DNA from: an uncultured Pseudomonadota bacterium
GTDB taxonomy: Bacteria; Pseudomonadota; Gammaproteobacteria; Steroidobacterales; Steroidobacteraceae
Assembly (NCBI GenBank): GCA_963839685.1
Contig: CAWIVS010000002.1
Coordinates: 358,859 to 422,858, forward strand
DNA length: 64,000 bases
Direction: 5' to 3'
Shown here: one piece after another, positions 24,743 through 34,305 of the stretch
How the letters are laid out: every line of letters begins with the position of its first letter
Numbering within the stretch: the first letter of the stretch is position 1
Position numbers and translations under genes: made by a program
Notes under the pieces: model-generated
Told to the model about the DNA's origin: nothing
What the model saw: the letters and a program-made list of their open reading frames with translations, nothing else
The model's database searches: none

Positions 24743-24772
24743 GTCCTGGCAAAGGATCACAATCGCATCCGC

Positions 24773-25601
24773 ATGCCAGAGCAATCGGCTGATCAAGGCT
24801 GCTATCGACGACACGCATGGCCAGTGCGGCTCATGCACTGGATCAACGTCGTCGCGCTGACGCTGCTGCTGATGAGCGGCTTGCAGATTTTCAACGCCCA
24901 TCCTGCGCTGTATTGGGGACACCAGTCCTACGACGGCAAGCCGCCGGTGTTCGAGTTGACGGCGCGCGAAGACGGCGGCGAGCTGGTCGGCGTTGACCCG
25001 CATCTTCGAGCATGAGTTCGAAACCACCGGCGTGCTCGGCGTGTCGCGCGTCGATGGCCAGATCACCAATCGAGGTTTCCCCGACTGGATCACCCTCCCA
25101 GGCGACCAGTGGCTCGCCATGGGACGCCGCTGGCATTTCTTCTTTGCGTGGCTGCTCGTCATCAACGGCCTCGCGTACATTGTCTATTCATTCGCGACCC
25201 GCCACGTGCAGCGCGACCTCGTCCCGACGCGGCGCGACTGGCGCTCCATCGGTCGCTCGATCAAGGACCACCTGCTGCTGCGTCATCCACGCGGAGAGGC
25301 GGCGCGCCATTACAACGTGCTGCAGAAGATCACCTACCTGGGCGTGGTGTTCGTGCTGCTGCCGTTCCTGGTCCTCATGGGACTGGGGATGTCGCCGCGC
25401 ATCAACTCCTGGCTGCCCGGCTGGGTAGACCTCGTCGGCGGACGCCAATCCGCTCGCACCCTGCACTTCGTCGCGGCCTGCCTGCTGGTGCTGTTCGTGC
25501 TGATCCACGTATTCGAAGTGGCCGTGAGCGGCTTCTGGAATCACCTGCGTTCGATGATCACCGGCAAGTACCAAGTACCGCCGGACAAGGAACAACCATG
25601 A
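24773..25601 (+). CDS. cytochrome b561-type membrane subunit, one frame interruption
   Basis: WPVRLMHWINVVALTLLLMSGLQIF is in ORF 24773..25015. The remaining TM helices with conserved His are in ORF 24993..25601. The frame change is near 24995. The stop overlaps the next start. Confidence 0.7.
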
Positions 25602-26360
25602 GCGACACTGACGAGCAACGCCGCGAGGTGTTGTGCCGCTTGTTAGGCGGGCTGGGAGCGGTCGCACTCACCGGCTGCGATGCCGCTTCACGCAGCGGTT
25701 GGTTACCGCCGCTGCTCGAGACGGCCGAGGGCCTGAGCCGCAGCCACGCAGCGGTTGAAGCGACAAACCATGGCGCAGGAATTCACCGAGGCGGATCTCT
25801 CGCCCGAGTTTCGCAGCAACGGCACCTCAAACCCTGGCACCGAGGAATACCAGCGCCTGGCGAGCAACGGCTTTGCCGATTGGTCGCTGCGCGTCGACGG
25901 TCTCGTGCGCCGCCCGGCGTCCTTCTCGCTGGCTGCGCTGCACGCCATGCCCAGTCGTACCCAGATCACGCGGCATGATTGCGTCGAGGGCTGGAGCGCC
26001 ATCGGCAAGTGGACCGGCGTACCGCTGCACGAAGTGCTCGAGCGCGTCGAGCCGCTCGAGGCCGCGCGCTACGTCGTGTTCCACTGCGCCGATCCCATGG
26101 GCGGCGACGAGCTCTACTACGAGAGCATCGATTTCGACGACGCCTATCATCCACAGACCATCCTCGCCTATGGCTTGAATGATGCGACGTTACCCGTGAA
26201 GAACGGCGCACCCCTGCGCGTGCGCATCGAGCGGCAACTGGGATACAAGATGGCCAAGTACCTCATGCGCCTCGAGCTGGTGACGGACTTGCGAGCCATC
26301 CGCGGTGGCAAGGGAGGCTTCTGGGAGGATCGCGGGTATGAGTGGTATGCAGGGATTTGA
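25598..26360 (+). CDS. molybdopterin-binding oxidoreductase (sulfite-oxidase fold, YedY/MsrP-like), one frame interruption
   Basis: The N-terminal leader is in one frame (MSDTDEQRREVLCRLLGGLGAVALTGC). The catalytic part is in ORF 25755..26360 (ITRHDCVEGWSAIGKWTGVPL; NGAPLRVRIERQLGYKMAKY). The frame change is near 25745. Confidence 0.8.
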
Positions 26361-26382
26361 GACTTATGGATACCGCCGAAAC

Positions 26383-27618
26383 TCATGCTGGCTGCGTTGC
26401 TCCACGCGAATTCGGCTGCAGCTTGAAATACGTCAGCGAGCGCCACAGCCACTCCACCGGCCCCAGACGGAACCGCGTCATCCACGCTCGCGCCAGCAGG
26501 ATCTGCAGGATATAGAACGCGATCGCCGCCCCCACGGCCGCCGCGGCGCCGAGCTTCCCTAACATCCCGAAGCCCAGGCCATAGAACAGCAGAAGGCCGA
26601 ACGCGGACTGGCCCAGATAGGTGGTGAGCCCCATCCGGCCGAGCGGCGCGAGCGCCGGCAGCAAGCCTTTCGCGGGCCGGCGCCAGTACAGCAGCGTGAC
26701 CGCCGCGACGTAAAAAGCCGATAGCGACACTTGCTGCACGGTGAATGAGAACGCTGCCAGCAGATCGACCATTGAGCGCATCTCGAACCCGGTGGGATGA
26801 ACGATCTCGACCACGGTCGAGACCGCTGCCAAAGCAGCGGCCGGCCACAGCAACCGGCGAAAGAATCGGCGATTGGCCTCCGTGTCGCGGAAAATCTCCA
26901 GCCGACCGGCACACATGCCGAGCAAGAAGAGCCCGAACGTGATCCACAGTCGCCCGGTGAAGATCATGAAAAAGAGCTTACCGAGCAAGCCGCCGGGGTA
27001 ATTGATCCGTACCAGCTCTGCCAGCGTGCCCGATTGCTTGATCTCGAATGCCTGCCTCGCGGTCTGCGCGAACTGCGCCTGCGCCTCGGCGTTGGCCGCC
27101 AGTTGCTCCGGCGTTGGGGTCACGTTGATCAATGCAGTGTTCAGCAAAAGGCCCGGAACATTGAAGACCAGCAATAGCCCGATGATGACGAGCGTGCGAG
27201 TCTTGAGCCTGCGAAACGGGATCAGGAGCAGTCCCAGGATCGCGTAAATGATCAGGATATCGCCGGTGAAGAACGCGCCGTGTACGAGTGCAATCAACGC
27301 CAGAACCAGCAGGCGCCAGGTGAACCGGCCCGAGAACCCGACACCCTTCTGCGTCGCATTGTTCAACTGAATGGCAAAGCTCAGGCCGAACAGAAACGAG
27401 AAGATGGTGAAGAACTTGCCGTATGTCAGCAGATGTTCGAGTTGCGCGACGAGGCGATCGAGGGGGCTGAACAGCATGAAATCCGGACTCGGCGCCTGAC
27501 CTGCGAGGAAGCCCGTGACCGAGTGCGTCACGATGATGCCGAACAGCGCATAGGCGCGCAGCACGTCGACGACCGCGATGCGGTCGCCCGGCACAGAAAG
27601 CGCGGATGTGGTTTGCAT
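26383..27618 (-). CDS. DUF418 (YeiB-like) membrane protein
   Basis: Intact 411-aa polytopic ORF. The N-terminus RIAVVDVLRAYALFGIIVTHS is typical of the family. Confidence 0.75.
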   Translation of the reverse strand: MQTTSALSVPGDRIAVVDVLRAYALFGIIVTHSVTGFLAGQAPSPDFMLFSPLDRLVAQLEHLLTYGKFFTIFSFLFGLSFAIQLNNATQKGVGFSGRFTWRLLVLALIALVHGAFFTGDILIIYAILGLLLIPFRRLKTRTLVIIGLLLVFNVPGLLLNTALINVTPTPEQLAANAEAQAQFAQTARQAFEIKQSGTLAELVRINYPGGLLGKLFFMIFTGRLWITFGLFLLGMCAGRLEIFRDTEANRRFFRRLLWPAAALAAVSTVVEIVHPTGFEMRSMVDLLAAFSFTVQQVSLSAFYVAAVTLLYWRRPAKGLLPALAPLGRMGLTTYLGQSAFGLLLFYGLGFGMLGKLGAAAAVGAAIAFYILQILLARAWMTRFRLGPVEWLWRSLTYFKLQPNSRGATQPA

Positions 27619-27660
27619 GTGGCTGGAGCTCCCCTGACATCAGCTATACGAAAGGCGCAG

Positions 27661-27810
27661 CTAAAGCTTGCTGATCAACTCCTTTCGTTTCGCCTGGTAC
27701 TCCTGTTCGGTGATCAAACCACCCCCGCCCTTCAAGTGGTAGTTGGCGGAAGCGATGGCTTGCCCGTCGCGCAGGATGTCGATCTGCGCGTCGGTCATGT
27801 AGGTCGCCAT
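27661..27810 (-). CDS. small SHOCT-domain protein
   Basis: The probable start is MATYMTDAQIDIL at 27810. The C-terminal LITEQEYQAKRKELISKL is a SHOCT-type motif. Confidence 0.5.
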   Translation of the reverse strand: MATYMTDAQIDILRDGQAIASANYHLKGGGGLITEQEYQAKRKELISKL

Positions 27811-28289
27811 GTCCCAGGTCTGTTTGGCAGCTAGTGATCCCGTGTGTCTGGAAGCCCTCTTGCACCGCGGCACGCGATCGCGAAAGCGATTCGAGAATGC
27901 ATGACTGCCTCCCGATTGATGACTGACCAGTCGCCCGAACATTTCTGATCGGCGGCTTGGGCATTAGTTCGATGCACACACTATTGTCCCGATGGCGGTC
28001 CATGGGTCGAGTCGCATCAGCCGAGCAATCGTTGGGCAACAAGCTTCTGGTTGTGCGCATCGCGCACGACTTCAGCTTTGAGTCGAAGCTCATTCCCCGC
28101 GCGCTGCTTGGAACACCAGCCAGACACAGATCATCGCAGCCATTCCTGTCGCGAGGCGGCGACGGCCTCACACGCCGCGGTGAACGAGGCCGATGGGATA
28201 TGCCAGTTCCTCCTACACCGCCGGCGCGTGTGCCTGCGTATCGTGGCCCTAACAACGGCAATGTCAGAGCCGACGTCAAGGAGTCCACG

Positions 28290-28874
28290 ATGAAGCTGTA
28301 CAAGGCACTGCTGCCGCTCGCGGCGGCAATCGCGATGGGAGGCTGCGAACAAGGTCGCGGCTCCGCCGAGGCCGTGATCGCTCAGGCCGATACCGTCATC
28401 ACCCAGGTGAAAGAGGAAGCGACGATAACCGCGCCGGCCGAGCTCAAGGTCGCCGAGGGCACGCTCGCGCACATGAAGCAAAACCTCGAGAGCCACGAAT
28501 ACCAGGCTGTGATCGACGAGGTGCCCGACTTCAACGCGCAGATCGAGGCGATGAAGACCGCCGCCACCGTGAAGCAGGCCGCCACCACGGAATGGAGCAC
28601 GCTCAACACCGAGGTGCCGCAGTCTATTGACGCCATCCAGGCGCGGGTGGACAGCATCAAGCCCGCAGCACTGCCCAAGGACGTGACCAAGGAAGAACTC
28701 GCGACCGCGAAGACCGAGCTCGAGACCATGAAGGCCACGTGGGCGGAAGCCACGACGGCGGCAAGCGCCGGCAACACGGCCGAGGCCACCGACAAGGGTC
28801 GCATCGTCCAGGCTAAAGCCAACGAGCTGAAGAATACGCTCGGGATGAACGAGACGCTGGCGAGCGCGCAATAG
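28290..28874 (+). CDS. helical lipoprotein, paralog 3 of 3
   Basis: AAGGAG RBS, start MKLYKALLPLAAAIAMGGC (lipobox). It has TEWSTLNTEVPQSIDAIQARVD and KATWAEATTAA blocks shared with the pair at 16.3-17.6 kb. Confidence 0.7.
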   Translation: MKLYKALLPLAAAIAMGGCEQGRGSAEAVIAQADTVITQVKEEATITAPAELKVAEGTLAHMKQNLESHEYQAVIDEVPDFNAQIEAMKTAATVKQAATTEWSTLNTEVPQSIDAIQARVDSIKPAALPKDVTKEELATAKTELETMKATWAEATTAASAGNTAEATDKGRIVQAKANELKNTLGMNETLASAQ

Positions 28875-28877
28875 CGC

Positions 28878-28909
28878 ACTCGGGCCTAGGCCCAACTCGG
28901 GCCTAGGCC
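28878..28909. repeat. tandem duplication of ACTCGGGCCTAGGCC containing the palindrome GG(G)CCTAGGCC(C)
   Basis: Copies lie at 28878-28892 and 28895-28909. They sit between the convergent stops of lipoprotein 3 and the DUF1835 gene, whose stop lies inside copy 2. Confidence 0.7.
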
Positions 28910-29910
28910 TTGATCAGCTTCCCACCGTCGTTGAACCACAGCACCCCTGCCTCCGACGACAACTTCACGCCCGCGGCCCAGTCATCGATTGGATTCGCCG
29001 GGTAGTTGGACGTCGTACCTTTGAGCACCTCGGCGCCAAACGGCGTGAGCGCGACTTCCGAGTGGCGGATGCTTTTCGGTTCCCCACTCAGCGTGAGTAG
29101 CGGCCTCGGGTTGCGGGCATCCGCGAGCCGCAGCAGCCGGCCGAACAGGTACCAGTCGCCCACCAGGTCGCCTTGTGCGTAGGTCTCCGACATGGTGTAG
29201 CCGATGACGCGCGACACCTCCGGTCCGTGCGCCTCCACCCGGGAGAGCAGCGCATGGTCCCAATAGCTCAGGCCATTGCGCTTGTCGGGAAAGCGGCGCG
29301 TCATGAGCTGCATCGCCAGTTTGAGCCAGCGGCCGGCTTCCGGATGCTCACGCGCAAAACCCGCGAGCAGCATGGGGTCTGGTGAGGTGAGCGCCGCCCA
29401 CGCATTGAGGTATTGCTGCGCGACGTCGTCGGGCATGGGTCTGGGTTCCGCAGCGGCCTGCATCTGCGCCTCGTCGAGCTCGCCCAATCCCATCACGCGA
29501 CCATTGTTTGGAGGACCACCGCGGGTTTCAAACTGCACCAGCGCGAGGCGCGCGGGATCCGCGCCTACGAGCTTCACCAGGTGCACGACGAAGGCAATGA
29601 ACAATTGCTCGCTGACGCCGGTGCCAGCCCAGATGTGGATGCGCTCGGCATCGGCGAGGCGCGCGGCGTTGTCGACGAGATTGAAAGCCGACGGCACGTG
29701 CTCATCGACATCGCCGGTCACGACGCCGCTCCAGTACTCGAAGCGCAGCTTGCGCCAGGCCGCAAGGTCCGTGCACGCCGGTGTCGGTCCGCACGACAGC
29801 ACGTCCTGATCGATCAACAACCGATCGCGCGCAAAGAACACGCGCGTGAAGCTGCCGGCCGCGGAGTCACCGAGGAGGATGTGCAGGCCAGGCGGCAGCA
29901 GCTTGATCAT
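28903..29910 (-). CDS. DUF1835/DUF3658 domain protein
   Basis: Intact 335-aa ORF. The N-terminus LHILLGDSAAGSF is characteristic of DUF1835 proteins. Confidence 0.65.
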   Translation of the reverse strand: MIKLLPPGLHILLGDSAAGSFTRVFFARDRLLIDQDVLSCGPTPACTDLAAWRKLRFEYWSGVVTGDVDEHVPSAFNLVDNAARLADAERIHIWAGTGVSEQLFIAFVVHLVKLVGADPARLALVQFETRGGPPNNGRVMGLGELDEAQMQAAAEPRPMPDDVAQQYLNAWAALTSPDPMLLAGFAREHPEAGRWLKLAMQLMTRRFPDKRNGLSYWDHALLSRVEAHGPEVSRVIGYTMSETYAQGDLVGDWYLFGRLLRLADARNPRPLLTLSGEPKSIRHSEVALTPFGAEVLKGTTSNYPANPIDDWAAGVKLSSEAGVLWFNDGGKLIKA

Positions 29911-30128
29911 AAGGCTCTAAGTCTTGCCCGAGACGCGCACCAATTGCATCAGACACTGTCCGGTTTGGGGTCAAACTTTGTGCCAACGCTGTCACAGCGC
30001 CGCCAGTATCCGTCAACCAATACCCTGCGTCTGCCGTGGTTCGCTGCGCTCATCGCAATCGCCACCATCAGCACCGGTGCACCCGCGACAACCGCAGAAT
30101 CGACGCGCGCGGATACGCTGGCTCTTCG

Positions 30129-30659
30129 CTACTTCTTCGACTTCGCCCGAGCCGGCCGGCGTTTCGATGGGGCCGGCTTCGATCTGGAATTGCGCTTTGT
30201 CGCGGACGACTTCGCCTTCTTCTGGCCCGCAACCGCCTTGCGCAAGCGCGCTTCTCGCTCGAATTCGGCCGGCGGCGCAATGCCCTCGAATTCCTCCATC
30301 GAGTAACACGGGCGAATCTCCAGCACGCCCTCTTCGCCCGGCATCGGGTTAGGGCATTGTTTCGCCCACTCCACCGCCTCATCCAGCGATTTCACATCCC
30401 AGATCCAATAGCCCGCCACCAGCTCCTTGGTCTCCACGAAGGGTCCGTCGATCACCGCCATGTGACCGCTGTCCGAGAAGGTAATGCGCTTGCCCGCGCT
30501 GCTAGGCTTGAGGCCATCGGCTTCCTTCATGATGCCGGCCTTGACGAGCTTCTCGTTGAACTTGCCCATCTCCGTGAAGAGCTTGGCGGTATCAGGCGGA
30601 AAGATGCCCTTTTCGCTGTTCGGCGTGGCTTTGACGAAGACGAGGACTTTCATCGACAT
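30129..30659 (-). CDS. YciI family protein with Lys/Arg-rich C-terminal tail
   Basis: The YciI-like core is VIDGPFVETKELVAGYWIWDVKSLDEAVEWAKQCP. It is followed by a basic tail KKAKSSATKRNSRSKPAPSKRRPARAKSKK. Confidence 0.7.
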   Translation of the reverse strand: MSMKVLVFVKATPNSEKGIFPPDTAKLFTEMGKFNEKLVKAGIMKEADGLKPSSAGKRITFSDSGHMAVIDGPFVETKELVAGYWIWDVKSLDEAVEWAKQCPNPMPGEEGVLEIRPCYSMEEFEGIAPPAEFEREARLRKAVAGQKKAKSSATKRNSRSKPAPSKRRPARAKSKK

Positions 30660-30795
30660 ACTCCTTCGATTCGGATAGTTCGAAGACTATAGAAATCCTC
30701 GACCGCTATGCGCAAGACGCGAACGCGGTCACGTTAGGCGCCGTGCAGGCGGTCCGGGCCTTCTCTAGACTGGCACTTCACCAACCGTCGGCCGC

Positions 30796-32268
30796 ATGAA
30801 CACATCCGCCACACGCTCCGCCGCACTGATCCTTCTCGCATTGGCCACTCTGGTCTCAGCGGGATGCGCGACGACGGGCGGCGCCGGCGAGGAATCCGAG
30901 CCGACGATGGTCGACCCCATGCCGGATGTTCCGGACGAGGCGGCAGCGACGATCTCGGAAGCGGCTCCGGTCGCAGAGGAGTCGAAGGAGAAGGAAGGCG
31001 AGGTTCCGCTGGCCGTGGCCGAGACCGAGCCCCCGGCGGCCGACGCACCGATACTCGAGGTCGTGGTCCAGGCTCACATCCGCCTTCGTCACGAGGCGAT
31101 CACCGACCTGGTCACCGAGGCGCAGACGCTGCTGCGTGACTTCGAGCTCCAGTACGTGCTGACCGGAAAGGGCAAGCGCCAGGCGCTGCGCGGGCGGCCC
31201 GTCGCTTTTGCGCTCTGGAGCGACGTCAAGGAGGAGTGGACCATCGCTCAACTGGAACTGCCGCGTCCGCCGGTCAAGTGGAAGCCCGGCAGGAAGCCGA
31301 TGCCGTTCCGCTCTCTCACGCCGGGAATCGAGGCGCGGCACGCGAAGGGCACCGGCGCCGAGCGCCTGATGTTCACTTTTACCCAGGATGGCGAGCCCTT
31401 GAAGGTGTATGGGCGCAAATTCCCGGTGTTCGACAACCAGCTGGTGAAACGCAAGAAGTGGGCAGCCGTAGTCCAGACCGCCAAGCCCATCGTCTATCTA
31501 CCGTTCACGGAAGACACCTTCGATCCCATGTTCGTCAGCGGCGGCAAGGAATTCCTGGTCGCCACCGCAAACAAGGCGCTGGAAGAACTGCGGGCCGCGA
31601 AGGTACCCAGCGCCGCCTTTCCGGGCGAATTGCTCGCCGACGCCATTCCCCTGCAGGTCGTCACCACCCTGGCCGTCATCGAGCAGACCGACGACCGGGA
31701 TTACATCGACAAGCAGGCACTCGCGTTCGACGAGGTCTTGAGCCAATACGGTCTCAAGCAGGAAGAAGCTTATCGTTACAGCGTCTCGAGCGCCCGCGCG
31801 CTGGGACCGATGCAATTCACCAACCGCAAGGGCAAAGGGACCTACTCAGCGGTGGTCAGACGCTGCCCAGGGGCCAGGCTTGACCCGGTATTTGAGACCG
31901 GCGCCACGCATCTGCTGAACGCCATGAAGGCGGCGATCTGCCTGCTGGATCTCGAGATCGCCGGGATGCGCTCGGACATCCGCCAGGCGTACAAGAAGAA
32001 TCCGGTGGTGCTGGGAATCTTCCCCGTGGCCGCCTACAACGGCGGGCCGCGAAACGTGAAAAAACTCTACGGTGTCATGAAGCGGATGAACGTTCAGCTC
32101 GACGAGCTCAGCCGCGCGCAGGCAGAACTCATCGATTCCCCGGTCAAGTGCCCCTGTGTCTGGAAAACGGACGGCGATGCGGCTCGTCCGGTTTCGATTC
32201 CGCGATACAACAACGAGAACCGTTGGTACATCGAGAAGTACCAGAGCATCGTCAGCTTGTTCGAATGA
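30796..32268 (+). CDS. lipoprotein with C-terminal lytic transglycosylase (SLT)-like domain
   Basis: The lipobox is LVSAGC, followed by an acidic low-complexity linker. SLT-like motifs are ALGPMQFT and AAYNGGP. Confidence 0.55.
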   Translation: MNTSATRSAALILLALATLVSAGCATTGGAGEESEPTMVDPMPDVPDEAAATISEAAPVAEESKEKEGEVPLAVAETEPPAADAPILEVVVQAHIRLRHEAITDLVTEAQTLLRDFELQYVLTGKGKRQALRGRPVAFALWSDVKEEWTIAQLELPRPPVKWKPGRKPMPFRSLTPGIEARHAKGTGAERLMFTFTQDGEPLKVYGRKFPVFDNQLVKRKKWAAVVQTAKPIVYLPFTEDTFDPMFVSGGKEFLVATANKALEELRAAKVPSAAFPGELLADAIPLQVVTTLAVIEQTDDRDYIDKQALAFDEVLSQYGLKQEEAYRYSVSSARALGPMQFTNRKGKGTYSAVVRRCPGARLDPVFETGATHLLNAMKAAICLLDLEIAGMRSDIRQAYKKNPVVLGIFPVAAYNGGPRNVKKLYGVMKRMNVQLDELSRAQAELIDSPVKCPCVWKTDGDAARPVSIPRYNNENRWYIEKYQSIVSLFE

Positions 32269-32324
32269 CTGCGCGCGACCGCCGCTGACAGACCGCGGGG
32301 CTCCCCCCACGGGAGCATCGAGCG

Positions 32325-33188
32325 ATGTCACCCGCCCGCTCACTCTGGCCAATGATCAAGAGTACCGTGGCCAACTGGCTTTCAGACCAGGCCACGAGCA
32401 TCAGCGCGGCGCTCGCGTTCTATAGCGCCTTTTCACTCGCGCCGCTGCTGGTCATCGCGGTGGCGGTCATCGGGTGGATCGTGGGCGCGCAGGCCGCCGA
32501 TACCCACATCGCGCAGCAACTCCGGCTGCTGTTCGGCGATTCAACCGCCAAAATGATCGTGGAAGCCATGCACGCCGCTCAACGCACGCAGGGTATATGG
32601 GCGACGGTCGTGAGCATCGTGACGCTGATCATCGGCGCCACCACGGTGTTCTCCGCCCTGGAGAGCGCGTTGCGACAGATCTGGGGCACCACCGCCGAAC
32701 AGCCGGGAGGATGGCGCGGCTTCGTGCGCTCGCGCATCGTGTCGTTCGGATTCATCCTCGCGGTGGGGTTCCTGCTGCTGGTCTCTTTGACGATGACGAC
32801 CGCGGTATCTGGTCTGCGCGGCTGGGTCGCGCACCGCTACGAAGGCATCATCGGCCTGCTCGGAGCGCTCGAGTTCGTGCTCTCCACCGCGCTCGGCACC
32901 GGGCTCATCGCGCTCATGTACCGCTATCTACCGGCGGTGCGACTCTCCTGGCGGCATGTGCTCGTGGGAGCGCTCGTGACCACGCTGCTGTTCCAGGCCG
33001 GGCGCTGGGGCATCGGGTTGTATCTCGGACGCGCGACCCAGCCCACCACCTTTGGCGCCGCCGCGTCTTTCGCGGCGCTGCTGCTGTGGCTGTATTACTC
33101 GGCGCAGATTTTTCTGTTCGGAGCCGAGTTCACCGCCGTGCTGGGGGGATCGCGCGTTGACAAGAAAGACCCGCGGCCAACGCATTGA
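32325..33188 (+). CDS. YihY/BrkB family membrane protein (copy 1)
   Basis: Intact 287-aa ORF with SISAALAFYSAFSLAPLLVIAVAVIG and the C-terminal LLWLYYSAQIFLFGAEFT. Confidence 0.85.
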   Translation: MSPARSLWPMIKSTVANWLSDQATSISAALAFYSAFSLAPLLVIAVAVIGWIVGAQAADTHIAQQLRLLFGDSTAKMIVEAMHAAQRTQGIWATVVSIVTLIIGATTVFSALESALRQIWGTTAEQPGGWRGFVRSRIVSFGFILAVGFLLLVSLTMTTAVSGLRGWVAHRYEGIIGLLGALEFVLSTALGTGLIALMYRYLPAVRLSWRHVLVGALVTTLLFQAGRWGIGLYLGRATQPTTFGAAASFAALLLWLYYSAQIFLFGAEFTAVLGGSRVDKKDPRPTH

Positions 33189-33194
33189 CGCAGA

Positions 33195-33689
33195 TCACAT
33201 CGCCGCGGGCATCGAGAGGTGCTCGTGCGTGACCAGCCAGGTTCCGTCCCGCTGCTCGAAGCAGGTGGTGCCGCGTACCCAATAGCCCGAAGTGCGCCCG
33301 CCCGGTCTCGCGCCGGTGACGAGGGCGAGGTAGTGACAGAACGTCGCGCCATCGCCCGGCGCGATGCGCAGGTCTTTGTACTCGAAACCGAGCGGACCTT
33401 CGAACGATCCGAACCAGCGCTCAAAGTTCTTGCGATACTCGTCCGCGCCGTGCGTGTTCAGCGGCGGCCGCACATCGAACACCACGACGTCGGGCGCGTA
33501 GAACGTCATGAGGTGATCGAGGTTCTTGTCGCGGATCGCCTGGGCAAGCTCGTCGATGCGCGTGCGGAGCACGACCTCGATGGAGGATAGCGTCTTGGCA
33601 TGCAGCGTCATGCTCAGGATGCGTTGCTCCGAGCGCGTGCTTTCGGCGGAAGGCTGATCCTGGTGTTCGTCTGGGTTCATGGTGGGCAC
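33195..33689 (-). CDS. SnoaL-like / NTF2-fold (DUF4440-like) protein
   Basis: 164-aa ORF with the pattern FYAPDVVVFD ... WVRGTTCFEQRDGTWLVTHEHLSMP, typical of the NTF2-like fold. Confidence 0.6.
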   Translation of the reverse strand: MPTMNPDEHQDQPSAESTRSEQRILSMTLHAKTLSSIEVVLRTRIDELAQAIRDKNLDHLMTFYAPDVVVFDVRPPLNTHGADEYRKNFERWFGSFEGPLGFEYKDLRIAPGDGATFCHYLALVTGARPGGRTSGYWVRGTTCFEQRDGTWLVTHEHLSMPAAM

Positions 33690-33792
33690 CTTAGCGGCGT
33701 GCCGCGGCGCGCGTCTGTCGGCGCATGGGTGCCACCGACGTCAGTGGCCGTGTCACGGCCGCCGTTGACGCCGGGACGCATCGAACCCCTCC

Positions 33793-34305
33793 TCAATTTC
33801 TCCGTGGCCTCGAGCCCATGAGCCCCAAGATCGCTTCGTAGACTTGATCGAACTGTTTTCGAGTATCCGCGTCGAGCGCGGCAACTGAGCGTTCCAGCGT
33901 TTCAAGCCGCCGCGCGAGCGCCGTATTCGACGTCAGCACTTCGCGAAGCTTCACAAACGCGCGCACCACATAAACGCTCATCTGAACTGCTCGGGGGCTA
34001 TTGAGTATGGTGGCTGCCATGATTGCGCCGTGCTCAGAGAAGACCAGCGGTGCGTACTTGCGATGCTTGCCGCGACCAGTTTTTAAGATCGCATTTTGCG
34101 ATCTTAAAGACTGGGCTTCTTCTGCCGTCAGTTGAAATAGAAAATCCGGTGGAAAGCGCTTTGCATTGCGACGCACTTGCTCATTGAAGCGATGCGTGGG
34201 GACGCCGTACAGGGCCGCGAGATCGGAATCCAGGAGCACGCGCTGCCCCCGAATCGAGAGGATTCTGGCGGCCACATCAAGCGCTTCTTGCAGTGGCTTG
34301 GACAC
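33793..34305 (-). CDS. ORF6N (KilA-N-like) domain protein, full-length copy
   Basis: 170-aa ORF. It has IRGQRVLLDSDLAALYGV ... FQLTAEEAQSLRSQNAILKTGRGKHRKYAPLVFSEHGAIMAATILNSPRAVQMSVYVVRAF followed by a coiled C-terminus. Confidence 0.8.
   Translation of the reverse strand: MSKPLQEALDVAARILSIRGQRVLLDSDLAALYGVPTHRFNEQVRRNAKRFPPDFLFQLTAEEAQSLRSQNAILKTGRGKHRKYAPLVFSEHGAIMAATILNSPRAVQMSVYVVRAFVKLREVLTSNTALARRLETLERSVAALDADTRKQFDQVYEAILGLMGSRPRRN
34076..34114. other. AT-rich 18-3-18 inverted repeat inside the ORF6N coding sequence
   Basis: CCAGTTTTTAAGATCGCA TTT TGCGATCTTAAAGACTGG pairs at 17 of 18 positions. It encodes QSLRSQNAILKTG using TTA/AGA/AAA codons that are rare in this GC-rich context. 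Confidence 0.7.
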
